A DNA stretch of 64,000 nucleotides. Origin: an uncultured Haloferula sp. Its GTDB lineage: Bacteria > Verrucomicrobiota > Verrucomicrobiia > Verrucomicrobiales > Akkermansiaceae. The notes under the pieces are model-generated. The model had not been told where the DNA came from. It did not search any database and saw only the letters and a list, made by a program, of their open reading frames with translations. A program made the position numbers and the translations under genes. Below, one piece after another: positions 48,367 to 57,900 of the stretch (within the stretch, counting starts at the first letter, position 1; each line of letters opens with the position of its first letter). The stretch covers positions 512,001 through 576,000 of the forward strand of contig CBFGTS010000001.1 in assembly GCA_965652295.1 (NCBI GenBank), in the 5' to 3' direction.

Positions 48367-49866
48367 ATGAACCTCACGACACCCCCCCGGTCGTGCGAAT
48401 CTCCCGTTTCTACGGGAACCGCGCCTGAACGAAGGCAGCGTTTGTTTACGCTGCGTCACCGCCATCGTACTTGGATGGCGCACCAGAAACTGGTCGCCCT
48501 GAGTTTCCTCGGCGATTCCGCGATCGTTCTCTTCAGCCTGCTCTCGGCGTATTTGCTGCGATTCGAGACCAGCTTCCGCGAAGTGGGCGTGCTCGATCAT
48601 GCGATCGACATGCGCGACTACGCCGGCCACGTCATCCTGGGCGGCGTGCTGATGATCTTCCTGCTGGCGAATTTCCGCGCCCACGATCCCCGCAATTTCC
48701 TGGCGATCCGGCGTACGCTTTGCCTGGTTTTCAAGTCGGTCGCGATCTGGCTGGTGCTGTTCCTCGGCTTGGCGCTGCTTTTGAAAATCGAGCCGCCGAT
48801 CAGCCGGATGTATTGCATCATCGGCGCGTCGCTCGCGGTCGTTTCCCTGAGCCTCTGGCGTTGGGTGCTCTATTGCCTGCTGCGCCGTGAACCGATCGCC
48901 TCCGCGTTGCGGCAGAAGGTGGTGTTCGTGGGTTGGAATGAGGACTGTGAACGCGGTGCCGCCCGTTTCTCGGAAGGTCGGGCCCATGCGTTCCAGGTCC
49001 TCGGCCGGATCGCCACGGATCGCGATGAAGCGACCGTCGGTGACGTGCCGGTCCTCGGGGATTTCTCCGACGCCCGCCATCTGCTTCGCGAAACCGGAGC
49101 CGATGTGGTGATGGCCGTGGATGGTGCCCTCGATCGCGTCCAGATGATCGAACTGGCGGAGACCTGCGGCAAGGAGTTCATCGACTTCAAGCTGATGCCC
49201 AGTTGCTTTCAGGTGCTCGTCTCCGGTCTCCAGCTGGAAACCGTCCACGGGGTGCCGGTTCTCGGTGTCGGCCACCTGCCGCTGCACCACGCGATGAACA
49301 ACGCCGCGAAGCGCGTCACGGATGTGCTGGGTGCGCTCTTCGGGCTTCTTTTCTTCGCCCCGATCATGGCGATCTTCGCGGGCCTCGTTTATCTCGAAAG
49401 CCGCGGTCCGGTGATCTACCGTCAGCGCCGCATTGGCCTCAACGGCAAGCCTTTCGAAATCCTGAAAATCCGCAGCATGAAGCTCGATGCCGAGTCCGGC
49501 GGTGCTCCGGGTTGGACGGTTTCCGACGACCCGCGCCGTCTCAAGGTCGGAGCCATCATGCGCGCCTGGAACATCGATGAGCTGCCGCAGTTCTGGAACG
49601 TGCTGCGCGGCGAGATGAGTCTCGTCGGTCCGCGTCCGGAACGCCCGGAGCTGATCGAGGATTTCAAGGAGGACATCCGCTACTACAACGTCCGTCACAA
49701 CGTGAAGCCCGGCGTGACCGGCTGGGCCCAGGTCAACGGTCTGCGCGGGGACACCTGCCTGCGCGAGCGCGTGAAGTTCGACCTCGACTACATCGAGAAC
49801 TGGAACTTCTGGCTCGATGTCCAGATCATGTTCCTGACTTTCTTCAAGCGTAAGGGTGCCTGCTGA
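48367..49866 (+). CDS. Priming polyprenyl glycosylphosphotransferase (WcaJ/GumD-like)
   Basis: KRVTD, FEILKIRSM, DDPR, IDELPQFWNVLRGEMSLVGPRPERP, KPGVTGWAQVNG, DLDYIENW. Confidence 0.95.
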   Translation: MNLTTPPRSCESPVSTGTAPERRQRLFTLRHRHRTWMAHQKLVALSFLGDSAIVLFSLLSAYLLRFETSFREVGVLDHAIDMRDYAGHVILGGVLMIFLLANFRAHDPRNFLAIRRTLCLVFKSVAIWLVLFLGLALLLKIEPPISRMYCIIGASLAVVSLSLWRWVLYCLLRREPIASALRQKVVFVGWNEDCERGAARFSEGRAHAFQVLGRIATDRDEATVGDVPVLGDFSDARHLLRETGADVVMAVDGALDRVQMIELAETCGKEFIDFKLMPSCFQVLVSGLQLETVHGVPVLGVGHLPLHHAMNNAAKRVTDVLGALFGLLFFAPIMAIFAGLVYLESRGPVIYRQRRIGLNGKPFEILKIRSMKLDAESGGAPGWTVSDDPRRLKVGAIMRAWNIDELPQFWNVLRGEMSLVGPRPERPELIEDFKEDIRYYNVRHNVKPGVTGWAQVNGLRGDTCLRERVKFDLDYIENWNFWLDVQIMFLTFFKRKGAC

Positions 49867-49890
49867 TCGCGGCTTCCCAGCCCGCGCCGG

Positions 49891-51237
49891 ATGTTTATGA
49901 TCGACCCCGTGGAAACAACGGAGGCTGTCGATCACGGCGCGCGGCGGGATTTGTCGATCCGGCTCGCCGTGCTGACCTCCTTCCTTTCGAAGGGCGGCAC
50001 GGTGCTTCTGCAACTCATCGCCTTGCCCGCAGCCCTGCGGGTGATGGGCCGCGCGGAGTTCGGGATTTTCGGCACCGTGAGCACCGCGCTCGCCACCGTC
50101 CATCTGTTGGAGATCGGTATCGGCCCGGCCCTGGCCCACGGCATTTCCAAGGCAGGGGCCACGGATGACCACGATCTCCGCCGCCGTCTTGCCTCGACCG
50201 CATTCTTCTTGGTCGCGGCCATCGGAGTGCTGGCGGGGCTGTTGCTCAGCGGGGTTCTGCTGACCGTTCCGATCACCTCGCTCTTCGGCGAAAAGTACGC
50301 AGGCACGGAGGCGGCGATGCGGCCGGCCTTGTGGCTGGGCCTCGGTCTTTTCCTCGGGCTCTATCTGCTCAACCTCACCGACCGGCTCCGTGAGGGGCTT
50401 CTGGAGGTCGCCTCCACCAATACCTGGGGCGCGGCGGGCAATGTGCTGGCGGCGATCGCCGTCGGCATCGGCGTATTATGGATTCCCGAGGTGTGGTACC
50501 TGGTCCTCGCCGTCCATGGCTCGGTGGTCCTGGCGAAACTGGGGAACACCGTCTCGCTGTGGCGACGGCACGTCGATCTGCGACCGCGGCTGAAATCCCT
50601 CGATCGTTCTTTGGCGCGTCTGCTGGTGAGCGATGGAGCGGCGTTCGCCACCTGCGCCCTGCTCGTGGGTTTCGTCGAATACAACGTCTGCACTTGGCTG
50701 GTCGGGCACCGCAGCGGACCCGACGTCGTCGCGCTCTACATGATCTTCGTGCAGGTCAGCGTCATGCAGCTCGGCTTTGTCATGATGCTCAGCACGCCCA
50801 CCTGGCCGGCCGTGGCCGAGGCGCTGGCCCGCGAGGATGTCGCGTGGGCCCGCCACGCGTCGAAGCGGCTTTACCTGCTCGGGATGGGTTTCGCGGCGTG
50901 CGCGGCGGTGGGGTGGGTCACGCTCGGTCCGTGGGTGTTGCACCTGTGGCTGGGCGATGAGTTCACCGGCCTGCCACGGACGCTCATGGCCGCCTTCGCC
51001 TTCTACTTCGCCGCCCACGCGTGGCGGCACCTCAATCACGTCCTGATGATCGGCACCGGCCAGGTCAGAACGCTCGCCCGTATTCAGCTGGTTGAAACCG
51101 CCCTCGTGGCGGTGGCCGCGTGGTGGGCGCTCCACCGCGGTGGTGTCGATGCCATGCTGGTCGCCATGGGCGTCACGATTCTCGCCGTGACGGGCTGGCT
51201 TCTTCCGATCCGCGTGAAGCGGGGGCTCAATGGTTGA
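49891..51237 (+). CDS. Wzx-like oligosaccharide flippase (MOP superfamily)
   Basis: About 12 hydrophobic segments; MGRAEFGIF and EIGIGPAL near the N-terminus; last gene of the EPS run. Confidence 0.8.
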   Translation: MFMIDPVETTEAVDHGARRDLSIRLAVLTSFLSKGGTVLLQLIALPAALRVMGRAEFGIFGTVSTALATVHLLEIGIGPALAHGISKAGATDDHDLRRRLASTAFFLVAAIGVLAGLLLSGVLLTVPITSLFGEKYAGTEAAMRPALWLGLGLFLGLYLLNLTDRLREGLLEVASTNTWGAAGNVLAAIAVGIGVLWIPEVWYLVLAVHGSVVLAKLGNTVSLWRRHVDLRPRLKSLDRSLARLLVSDGAAFATCALLVGFVEYNVCTWLVGHRSGPDVVALYMIFVQVSVMQLGFVMMLSTPTWPAVAEALAREDVAWARHASKRLYLLGMGFAACAAVGWVTLGPWVLHLWLGDEFTGLPRTLMAAFAFYFAAHAWRHLNHVLMIGTGQVRTLARIQLVETALVAVAAWWALHRGGVDAMLVAMGVTILAVTGWLLPIRVKRGLNG

Positions 51238-54019
51238 AGAGGAACTCCTTCGAATTGAGCAGCGCCCAGAAGATGTCGTTGAGGATTTCGTGGGTTTCCT
51301 TGCGGTTTCCGGCAGCGGCCAGTTCCTTGCCGAGGGCGTTGGCTTCGGCGGTGGTGGGCTCGCGGCCGAGGGTGCGGAGGTAGAGCGCGTTGACGATCTC
51401 TCGGGGCTCCGTTTTCTGATCGAGCAGACGTTTGATCACCGGGCTGCGCTGGATGCGCTGATGGGTGGCGTCGCCATTGAGAAGGTGGAGCGCCTGGGAG
51501 AGGTTCGGCTCCATTTTCACCTCGCAGGAGCAAACGGTGGCGCGGGAGGCGCGACCGAAGGTGGTGAGGAAGTAGTTCGAAGTGTTGCCGTCGGCGATCT
51601 GCACGGCGCGCGCGCCCAGCGGCAGGCCCTTGAATTTGTTCGGTGTCCCGGTGACCTGCGAGATGGCGTCGAGCAGCACTTCGGCACGTTGGCGGCGGAT
51701 CAGGGCGTGGGAAAAGTTCCGCTCGTCGGTGGCGTTGGTTTCGTTCGTCCGGGTGGAGAGCTGGTAGGTCCGGGAGGTGCAGATCCCGCGCACGATACGG
51801 CGGATGTCGTAGTTGGATTCCACGAACTGCCCGGCCAGCGCGTCGAGGAGTTCCGGATTCGAGGGCGGGTTGGAGACGCGGACGTCATCGACCGGATCAG
51901 TGATGCCGACGCCGAAGAAGTGCGCCCAGGTGACGTTGACGACGTTGCGTGCGAACCACGGGTTCTCGGGAGAGGCGAGCCAGTGGGCGAGGGCTTCGCG
52001 GCGTGAGTGCCCTCCGAAGTCATCCGGCGTCGGTGTGCCGAGGAAACGGGGCCTGGCGTTCTGCTTGGTGACCGGGTGCTGCACCTCGCCGCCGCCATCG
52101 AAGATGATCCTCTCGCGCGGGTCCTCGGCGGGCTTGCGTTTCACCTGGGCGAAGAACGAGGCGAAGCCGTAGTAGTCGTCCATCGTCCAGCGGTCGAAGG
52201 GGTGGTTGTGGCATTGCGCGCACTGGATGCGGGTGCCCATGAAAACCTGCGCGACGTTCTCGGTGAGCTTGAGGGTGTCCTGTTCGACCTGGAAAAAATT
52301 CGTCGCCGGGTTGTCGAAGGTGCCGCCCTCCGATGAGAGGAGTTCGCGGACGATCTGGTTGAAGGGGACGTTCGCCGCGATGCGTTCGCGCAGCCAGCCG
52401 TAGTAGCCGAGCGCGGCCTTGTAGGAGACTTGGTTGGGGCCGTTGTTGAAGGTCCGGATCTGGAGCAACTCGGCCCATTTCATCACCCACATCTCGGTGA
52501 ATTCCTTGCGGGCGATCAGTTCATCCACCAGCGCGACGCGTTTGTCCGAGTCTTCGCTGGCGAGGAACCGGGAGCGGTCCTCGGGCGTGGGCAGACGGCC
52601 GATGACATCGAGGTAGACGCGGCGGAGGAAGACCTCGTCCGAGCAGACCTCGGACGGGACGATGCGGAGCTTGTGGAGCTTTTGGTGGACGTGGTGGTCG
52701 ATCTCGTTGAACTCCGGCATCTCGGGGCGGGTGTAGGGCAGGTCTTTCGGAACGACGATGGCCTGGACGCCCTCGGTGAAGGTGTGGAAGCGGGCGAGCA
52801 GGAAGGCCTCGCCGCGTTTCGCGGAGGTGGCGAGGCCTTTGAGGTGGTCGATTTCGACCGAGTTGTCGTTGGAGGTGGAAAAGGACGAGAGCGGGGAGAC
52901 GTCGCGGTCGGTGCCATCGGAATAGGTGGCGCGGACGGTGAGCGGTACCTTCAGGTCGGGGCCCTTCATCACCAGCTGCGGTGGTTCTACGGTGATCGAC
53001 GTAGGTTGCGGAATGTCATCGGCATCGTAGGCAGCTCCGTTACGGATCCACTCGACGAGGGTGCGGTAGTTCGGACTGTCCTTTTCGAACAGTTTTCCTC
53101 CGGTGTGGGGAACCTCGCCGGTGGCTTTGGTGAGGAGCAGGGAGGACTCGGGCAGAGCGAGGTTGAGGCGGCGGCCGGGCATCTCGCGGGTGAGGCGGAA
53201 GTGGTCGCCCTTGGGATCGAACCCGTAAAGGGTGAGGTGGAAACCGTCCTGCCCGCGGGCCGAACCGTGGCACGAGCCGGTGTTGCAGCCGGCGGATGTG
53301 AGCACGGGCATCACGTCGAGCTGGAAGGAGACCGGCCGCGGTTCGGCGGCGTCCTTCACGACTACGGGAATCGTGGTAGCAAGGCCGCGGTAATCGATGC
53401 GCAGGTTGGTCTTTCCGTCCTTGAGCGGACGCAGGGTGGTGTCGGTGAGTGAGGCGAGCGCAGGGTCTTCCAGCGTCAGCTTCACCTGGCGGGTGACGTC
53501 GTGCGTGGCGGCGTCGTTGAAGTGAGCGAGCACGATCACGCGGTGGAAATCCCGTGACGTTTCGAGGGTGATTTTTTTCGGAAAGGCCTCGATGGAGGTG
53601 ATGGCGGGATCGGGGTCGGCGTTCCATTCGGGCAGCGCGGTCTTGGGCCGCGGGGCCATGGTGACGCCCTCCGGCCAGGGCGCGTCGGAGGCGATCCAGG
53701 CCTTCAGCGTTTCGATCTCGACAGCCGTGAGGGGATCGCCTTTGGGCGGCATGATGTCGGGATCGTCCTCGCCGAGGCAGACGCGCTCGATCAGGAGGGA
53801 CTCACCGGATTTTCCGGGAACGATGGCAGCTCCGGTATCGCCGCCGGTGAGCATGGACTCGCGGGTGCTGAGAATCAGATCGCCCTTGTTCTTGTCCGGG
53901 TGGTGACAGGAAAGACAGCGGGTTTCGAGGAGGGCCCGGGCGGCGGTGAAATCGTCGGCGGCGATCGGCGGTGGAAAAAGAAGGGTGGCCGAAGCCATTG
54001 GTCCGAGGAGGAACTTCAT
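51227..54019 (-). CDS. Planctomycete-type cytochrome c plus DUF1549/DUF1553 protein
   Basis: CLSCH...MPP (cyt c); GCNTGSCHG; FLRRVYLDVIGRLP; CAQCHNHPFD; WALLNSKEF. Confidence 0.92.
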   Translation of the reverse strand: MKFLLGPMASATLLFPPPIAADDFTAARALLETRCLSCHHPDKNKGDLILSTRESMLTGGDTGAAIVPGKSGESLLIERVCLGEDDPDIMPPKGDPLTAVEIETLKAWIASDAPWPEGVTMAPRPKTALPEWNADPDPAITSIEAFPKKITLETSRDFHRVIVLAHFNDAATHDVTRQVKLTLEDPALASLTDTTLRPLKDGKTNLRIDYRGLATTIPVVVKDAAEPRPVSFQLDVMPVLTSAGCNTGSCHGSARGQDGFHLTLYGFDPKGDHFRLTREMPGRRLNLALPESSLLLTKATGEVPHTGGKLFEKDSPNYRTLVEWIRNGAAYDADDIPQPTSITVEPPQLVMKGPDLKVPLTVRATYSDGTDRDVSPLSSFSTSNDNSVEIDHLKGLATSAKRGEAFLLARFHTFTEGVQAIVVPKDLPYTRPEMPEFNEIDHHVHQKLHKLRIVPSEVCSDEVFLRRVYLDVIGRLPTPEDRSRFLASEDSDKRVALVDELIARKEFTEMWVMKWAELLQIRTFNNGPNQVSYKAALGYYGWLRERIAANVPFNQIVRELLSSEGGTFDNPATNFFQVEQDTLKLTENVAQVFMGTRIQCAQCHNHPFDRWTMDDYYGFASFFAQVKRKPAEDPRERIIFDGGGEVQHPVTKQNARPRFLGTPTPDDFGGHSRREALAHWLASPENPWFARNVVNVTWAHFFGVGITDPVDDVRVSNPPSNPELLDALAGQFVESNYDIRRIVRGICTSRTYQLSTRTNETNATDERNFSHALIRRQRAEVLLDAISQVTGTPNKFKGLPLGARAVQIADGNTSNYFLTTFGRASRATVCSCEVKMEPNLSQALHLLNGDATHQRIQRSPVIKRLLDQKTEPREIVNALYLRTLGREPTTAEANALGKELAAAGNRKETHEILNDIFWALLNSKEFLFNH

Positions 54020-54021
54020 GG

Positions 54022-56391
54022 CTACTTGGCTTGGGCTCGGAGTTGTTCGAGGCGGGAGAGCGGCTTCTCTCCGGGCGGAGCGGCGGGCGTTTCGGCCGGC
54101 TTGTTTCCGGCGACTTCGGGAGTGGGTTTGTCGATCCGCAGCGTGCCGCCATGGCCGGTCTGGTGGAGCACGCGGTGGCCGTTTTCCGGGACCTCGATGC
54201 GGAGGAAAAGCCCGCCATGCTTTCCCACGGCGGCATCGGCCGCGACCTCGATGGGAAAGGTCAATTGGGTGGTGTCGTTATCGAACTCGACGGACTGGGT
54301 TTTCGTTCCATGCGGTAAACCGAGTAGTTCGGCGCGGGCCATGCCGGCGAACTCGCGGAGATGATCGAGCTTGCAGAGGACGGAGACGTGACGGCCTTGC
54401 TCGGTGGCGGCGAGATCGATGGAGGCGGTGAGCCATGGCTCGCTGACCCGCAGCGGGACGAGCGAGGAGGAAACGATGACCGGACCTTGAGGCGTGTCGG
54501 CCTCGGCGAGGACGGCGACCTGCCAATCGGCGGCCGGGGCATCGGCATTGGCGTTGATTTCGTAGTCGGCTTCCGTTTTCCCCTCCTCGATCCGGATGGT
54601 GGCGGGCGAGCCGATGCCGGGCGGATTCCAGAGCATGCGCAGCGTGACGGGCGCGTTGAAGCTCTCGCGTCGATCAAGCCGCGCGTGAAGTTTCAACACG
54701 CCGCGCTGGACCACGGGCACGGGTGGCGTGTCGAGGTGCAGGGTAAGGGGGGCTTCGTTCGTCACGGCCACGGCGATCTTGTCGGACTCGGTCGAGTGAT
54801 ACGGCCCCTGGTTGTTGATCTCGATGTGGTGGATGGTTTCGCGCAGCGGCCCGGAGACGGCGGGGACATTCTCGCCGATGGCACGGACGGTAAAGGGGTG
54901 CCAGCCGCCGGCGACGGGAGCCTCGGGCGCGGCTTCGAAGACGACCGGGAAGCTGTTGGTCGAGCGCGGGACGGGGGGGACGTGCATGACGACGCCTTGC
55001 GGAAGCGAGCCGGCTTCGAAGGAAACGTCGCAGCCGAGATTCGTGCGGGTGAGGTTGACGGTGGTGGCGTAGCGGTTGCCCCGCGGGATCGGGATCACCT
55101 TGCGGGCTTGTGAGTTGTCGCGCTCGAAGACCGGCAGGGCCGCGGAAATGGAGGGGCTGCGGCGGTCGATTTCGAGGCGGTAGGTGAAGTCCGGACCGCC
55201 GCGGTTGAGTTTGTCGTGGACGAAGAGGAAGTAGTCGCCGTCGGCGGGGCAGGTCCACTGGATGACCGGATCGGGCGAGCCTTGGTCGTCGTTGGCGGCG
55301 AGCCGTTTGTTCCTGGACCCGCGCAGAGAAAGTACGGCATCCACCGGAGACCGGAGTTCCCGGCCGCGGACGCGGATCTCGAGGTTGTCGTCCTTCTTCG
55401 CGGCGAAACGGAACACGTCGCGATCGCCGGTTTCGCCGAGGCGGCCGTGGGCGGCGCAGGGCAGGATAGGAAGGTGCGTGGCTTCCTTCGGGCGAGGGTT
55501 GGGTTCGGCTTCGACGGCGGTGGTGAGTGGGGAAACGAAGATCCAGTTGGGTGAAGGGGCGATGAGACCGTCGCGTTCGGCGAAAAGGGGGTGGAGACCG
55601 GAGGCGGTTTCGGGCACCAGGATCTGGCTCTGGATGCCATCTCCGAAGTCGAACGTGAGGGTTTCGCCGGGGCGCGCTCCGGGAGGGAAAACGGCGGAGG
55701 GGCGGGGGAAGGTGCCGAGGTGGAGGCGGTATTGGCAGGCGTCGTTGCCTTCGTACGCCGCTTCTCGTACGACGATGCGGTAGTCGCCATCCTCGGGCGC
55801 GACGGTGGAGACGAAGGCGTCGGTCCGCAGCAGCGTGGCGTCATCGCAGGCGGCGAGTTCAAAGCCCTTGGGATCGAGGATGGCGAGGTGGGCGTCGAAA
55901 AATGTGCGTCCGAGCCGCATCGCTTCGACCTCGGCGGAGAAGGCCTGGCCTTTCTTCAGGCTGACGACGAACCAGTCCTCGTCCTCGCTTTTGACAGTGC
56001 CATGGACGGTGGTGTTGAGCTCGATTTTCTGCGCTTGGTCGAAGGAGTTGTTCGGCCCGGCTTCCTCCGCGGAAGGTAGCGCGCCGATCCAGAGCGTGCG
56101 CAGGTAGGAGACGCCGCCGGTGGTGCGGAGGCGCAGCGGGTGTTCGCCCAGCGGGGCGTCGGGGGCCACCCGGATTTTCGCGATGGCCTGCTTGCCGTCG
56201 TCCTCCCCATGGAGTTCGAGGACCTCGATGCCGGGATGGTGAAAGAGGATCTGCTGCGGTTCGTGCAGCCGCCCGCCATGAAAGCGGATCTCCATCTCCG
56301 TGCCGCGCTGGCCGCCGCGGGGCTGGACGTGCTGGACATCCGGCGTGAAGGCGAGGGCGGGTGCGGCGAGGAAGAGAAGGAGGGCTTTCAT
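54022..56391 (-). CDS. Secreted PPC-domain (pre-peptidase C-terminal repeat) protein of DUF1501 clusters
   Basis: PRGGQRGT start; E..PNN and EAEPN repeats; D.F.F and DGDY motifs. Confidence 0.85.
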   Translation of the reverse strand: MKALLLFLAAPALAFTPDVQHVQPRGGQRGTEMEIRFHGGRLHEPQQILFHHPGIEVLELHGEDDGKQAIAKIRVAPDAPLGEHPLRLRTTGGVSYLRTLWIGALPSAEEAGPNNSFDQAQKIELNTTVHGTVKSEDEDWFVVSLKKGQAFSAEVEAMRLGRTFFDAHLAILDPKGFELAACDDATLLRTDAFVSTVAPEDGDYRIVVREAAYEGNDACQYRLHLGTFPRPSAVFPPGARPGETLTFDFGDGIQSQILVPETASGLHPLFAERDGLIAPSPNWIFVSPLTTAVEAEPNPRPKEATHLPILPCAAHGRLGETGDRDVFRFAAKKDDNLEIRVRGRELRSPVDAVLSLRGSRNKRLAANDDQGSPDPVIQWTCPADGDYFLFVHDKLNRGGPDFTYRLEIDRRSPSISAALPVFERDNSQARKVIPIPRGNRYATTVNLTRTNLGCDVSFEAGSLPQGVVMHVPPVPRSTNSFPVVFEAAPEAPVAGGWHPFTVRAIGENVPAVSGPLRETIHHIEINNQGPYHSTESDKIAVAVTNEAPLTLHLDTPPVPVVQRGVLKLHARLDRRESFNAPVTLRMLWNPPGIGSPATIRIEEGKTEADYEINANADAPAADWQVAVLAEADTPQGPVIVSSSLVPLRVSEPWLTASIDLAATEQGRHVSVLCKLDHLREFAGMARAELLGLPHGTKTQSVEFDNDTTQLTFPIEVAADAAVGKHGGLFLRIEVPENGHRVLHQTGHGGTLRIDKPTPEVAGNKPAETPAAPPGEKPLSRLEQLRAQAK

Positions 56392-56434
56392 GGCGAGGTG
56401 GAAGAAAAGCGAGTTTCAAACTCGCTCCCCATAC

Positions 56435-57754
56435 TCATGCGAGGATGCTTTCGAGGACGCTGCCGCCATCGACGATCTCGATCGGGCGGTTGCCGGGTGC
56501 CATGAGCTCCTTGTCGGCGGTGATGCCGATCTGGTGGTAAACGGTCGTGGCCAGGTCGGCGACGCTGACCGCATCGGTATCGACCTCGCCGCCGAGGGCG
56601 TCCGACGAGCCGTGGACGTGGCCTCGTTTCACGCCACCGCCGGCGAGCATCACGGAAAAAACGCGCGGCCAGTGGTCGCGACCGCCGGTGGGGTTGATCT
56701 TCGGCGTGCGGCCGAATTCGGAGGTCACCATGACCAGCGTGCTGTCGAGCATGCCGCGCTCTTCGAGATCGGTGATGAGGGCGGCGATGGCTTGATCGAC
56801 CGGTGGCAGCTCGCGTTCGACGCCGCCCTTGATGTTGTCGTGGTGATCCCAGCCACCGGCGGTCAGGGAAACGAAGCGCACGCCGCCCTCGATCAAACGC
56901 CGGGCGAGCAGCATCCGCTGGCCGGGGGCGTGGCGACCGTAGCGGTCCTTCATCGCGTCCGGCTCGGCTTTCAGGTTGAAGGCCTCGCGTGCGGCCTGCG
57001 AGGAGATGAGCTTGTAGGCGTGCTGGTAGAAGGCATCCATGGAGTCGAGCGCGTCGGACGACTCGAGGTGGCGGAAATGGTGGTCGACGGTTTCCAGCAG
57101 GGACCGGCGGCGGGCGAAGCGGTGGTCATCGACGCCCTTCGGCAGGTTCAGGTCCCGCACCTGGAAATCGCCGCGCGCGGGATCGGAGCCGAGTGCGAAC
57201 GGACCGAAGGCGGAGGAAAGGTAGCCGGAATTGGCGAATTCGTTCGGAACCGAGGGCACGCAGACGTACGGCGGGAGGTTGTTGCGCGGGCCGAGTTCAT
57301 GAGAAATGACCGAGCCGATCGAAGGATACTCGACGGCGGGCGAGGGGCGGTAGCCGGTGAACATGTTGTGCGTGCCGCGTTCGTGGGCGGCTTCGCCGTG
57401 GGACATCGAGCGGATGATCGTGGTCTTGTCCGCGATCTTGGCGAGGTGCTGGAGTTTTTCGCCGAACTGGACGCCGGAGAGGGAGGTGTCGATCGCGCCG
57501 AACGGTCCGCGATATTCGGCCGGGGCGTAGGGTTTCGGATCGAAGGACTCCTGGTGGGACATTCCGCCGGGGAGGAAGATGTGGATGATCCCCTTCGCGA
57601 CGCCCTCCTTGGTTTCGTAGAACTTCTGGGCGGCGCTGGCTTTTCCGAGAAAGCCCGGGAGGGTGAGACCGAGGCCGCCGAGCAGACCAACGTAGAAGAA
57701 CTCGCGACGGGTCGAGTAGCGTTCGAGCGGATTGCCGGGGCAGTGCGGTTTCAT
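56435..57754 (-). CDS. DUF1501 family protein with Tat signal
   Basis: TRREFF; GGMSHQESFDPKP; LLARRLIEGGVRFV; WDHH; EFGRTP; GRDHWP. Confidence 0.95.
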   Translation of the reverse strand: MKPHCPGNPLERYSTRREFFYVGLLGGLGLTLPGFLGKASAAQKFYETKEGVAKGIIHIFLPGGMSHQESFDPKPYAPAEYRGPFGAIDTSLSGVQFGEKLQHLAKIADKTTIIRSMSHGEAAHERGTHNMFTGYRPSPAVEYPSIGSVISHELGPRNNLPPYVCVPSVPNEFANSGYLSSAFGPFALGSDPARGDFQVRDLNLPKGVDDHRFARRRSLLETVDHHFRHLESSDALDSMDAFYQHAYKLISSQAAREAFNLKAEPDAMKDRYGRHAPGQRMLLARRLIEGGVRFVSLTAGGWDHHDNIKGGVERELPPVDQAIAALITDLEERGMLDSTLVMVTSEFGRTPKINPTGGRDHWPRVFSVMLAGGGVKRGHVHGSSDALGGEVDTDAVSVADLATTVYHQIGITADKELMAPGNRPIEIVDGGSVLESILA

Positions 57755-57900
57755 GGCATGAGACGGGTAGGAACCGTACCGCTACGGGGCGGGTGGGGTC
57801 GGCATTTCAACCGGCTTTGACGGGATTTTTCCGAACGTTTCGGGATCCGGCGCAATCCTCTTCTGCAATGCCGGCCTCCGGCTCCCGTATTCGTCCGTCC

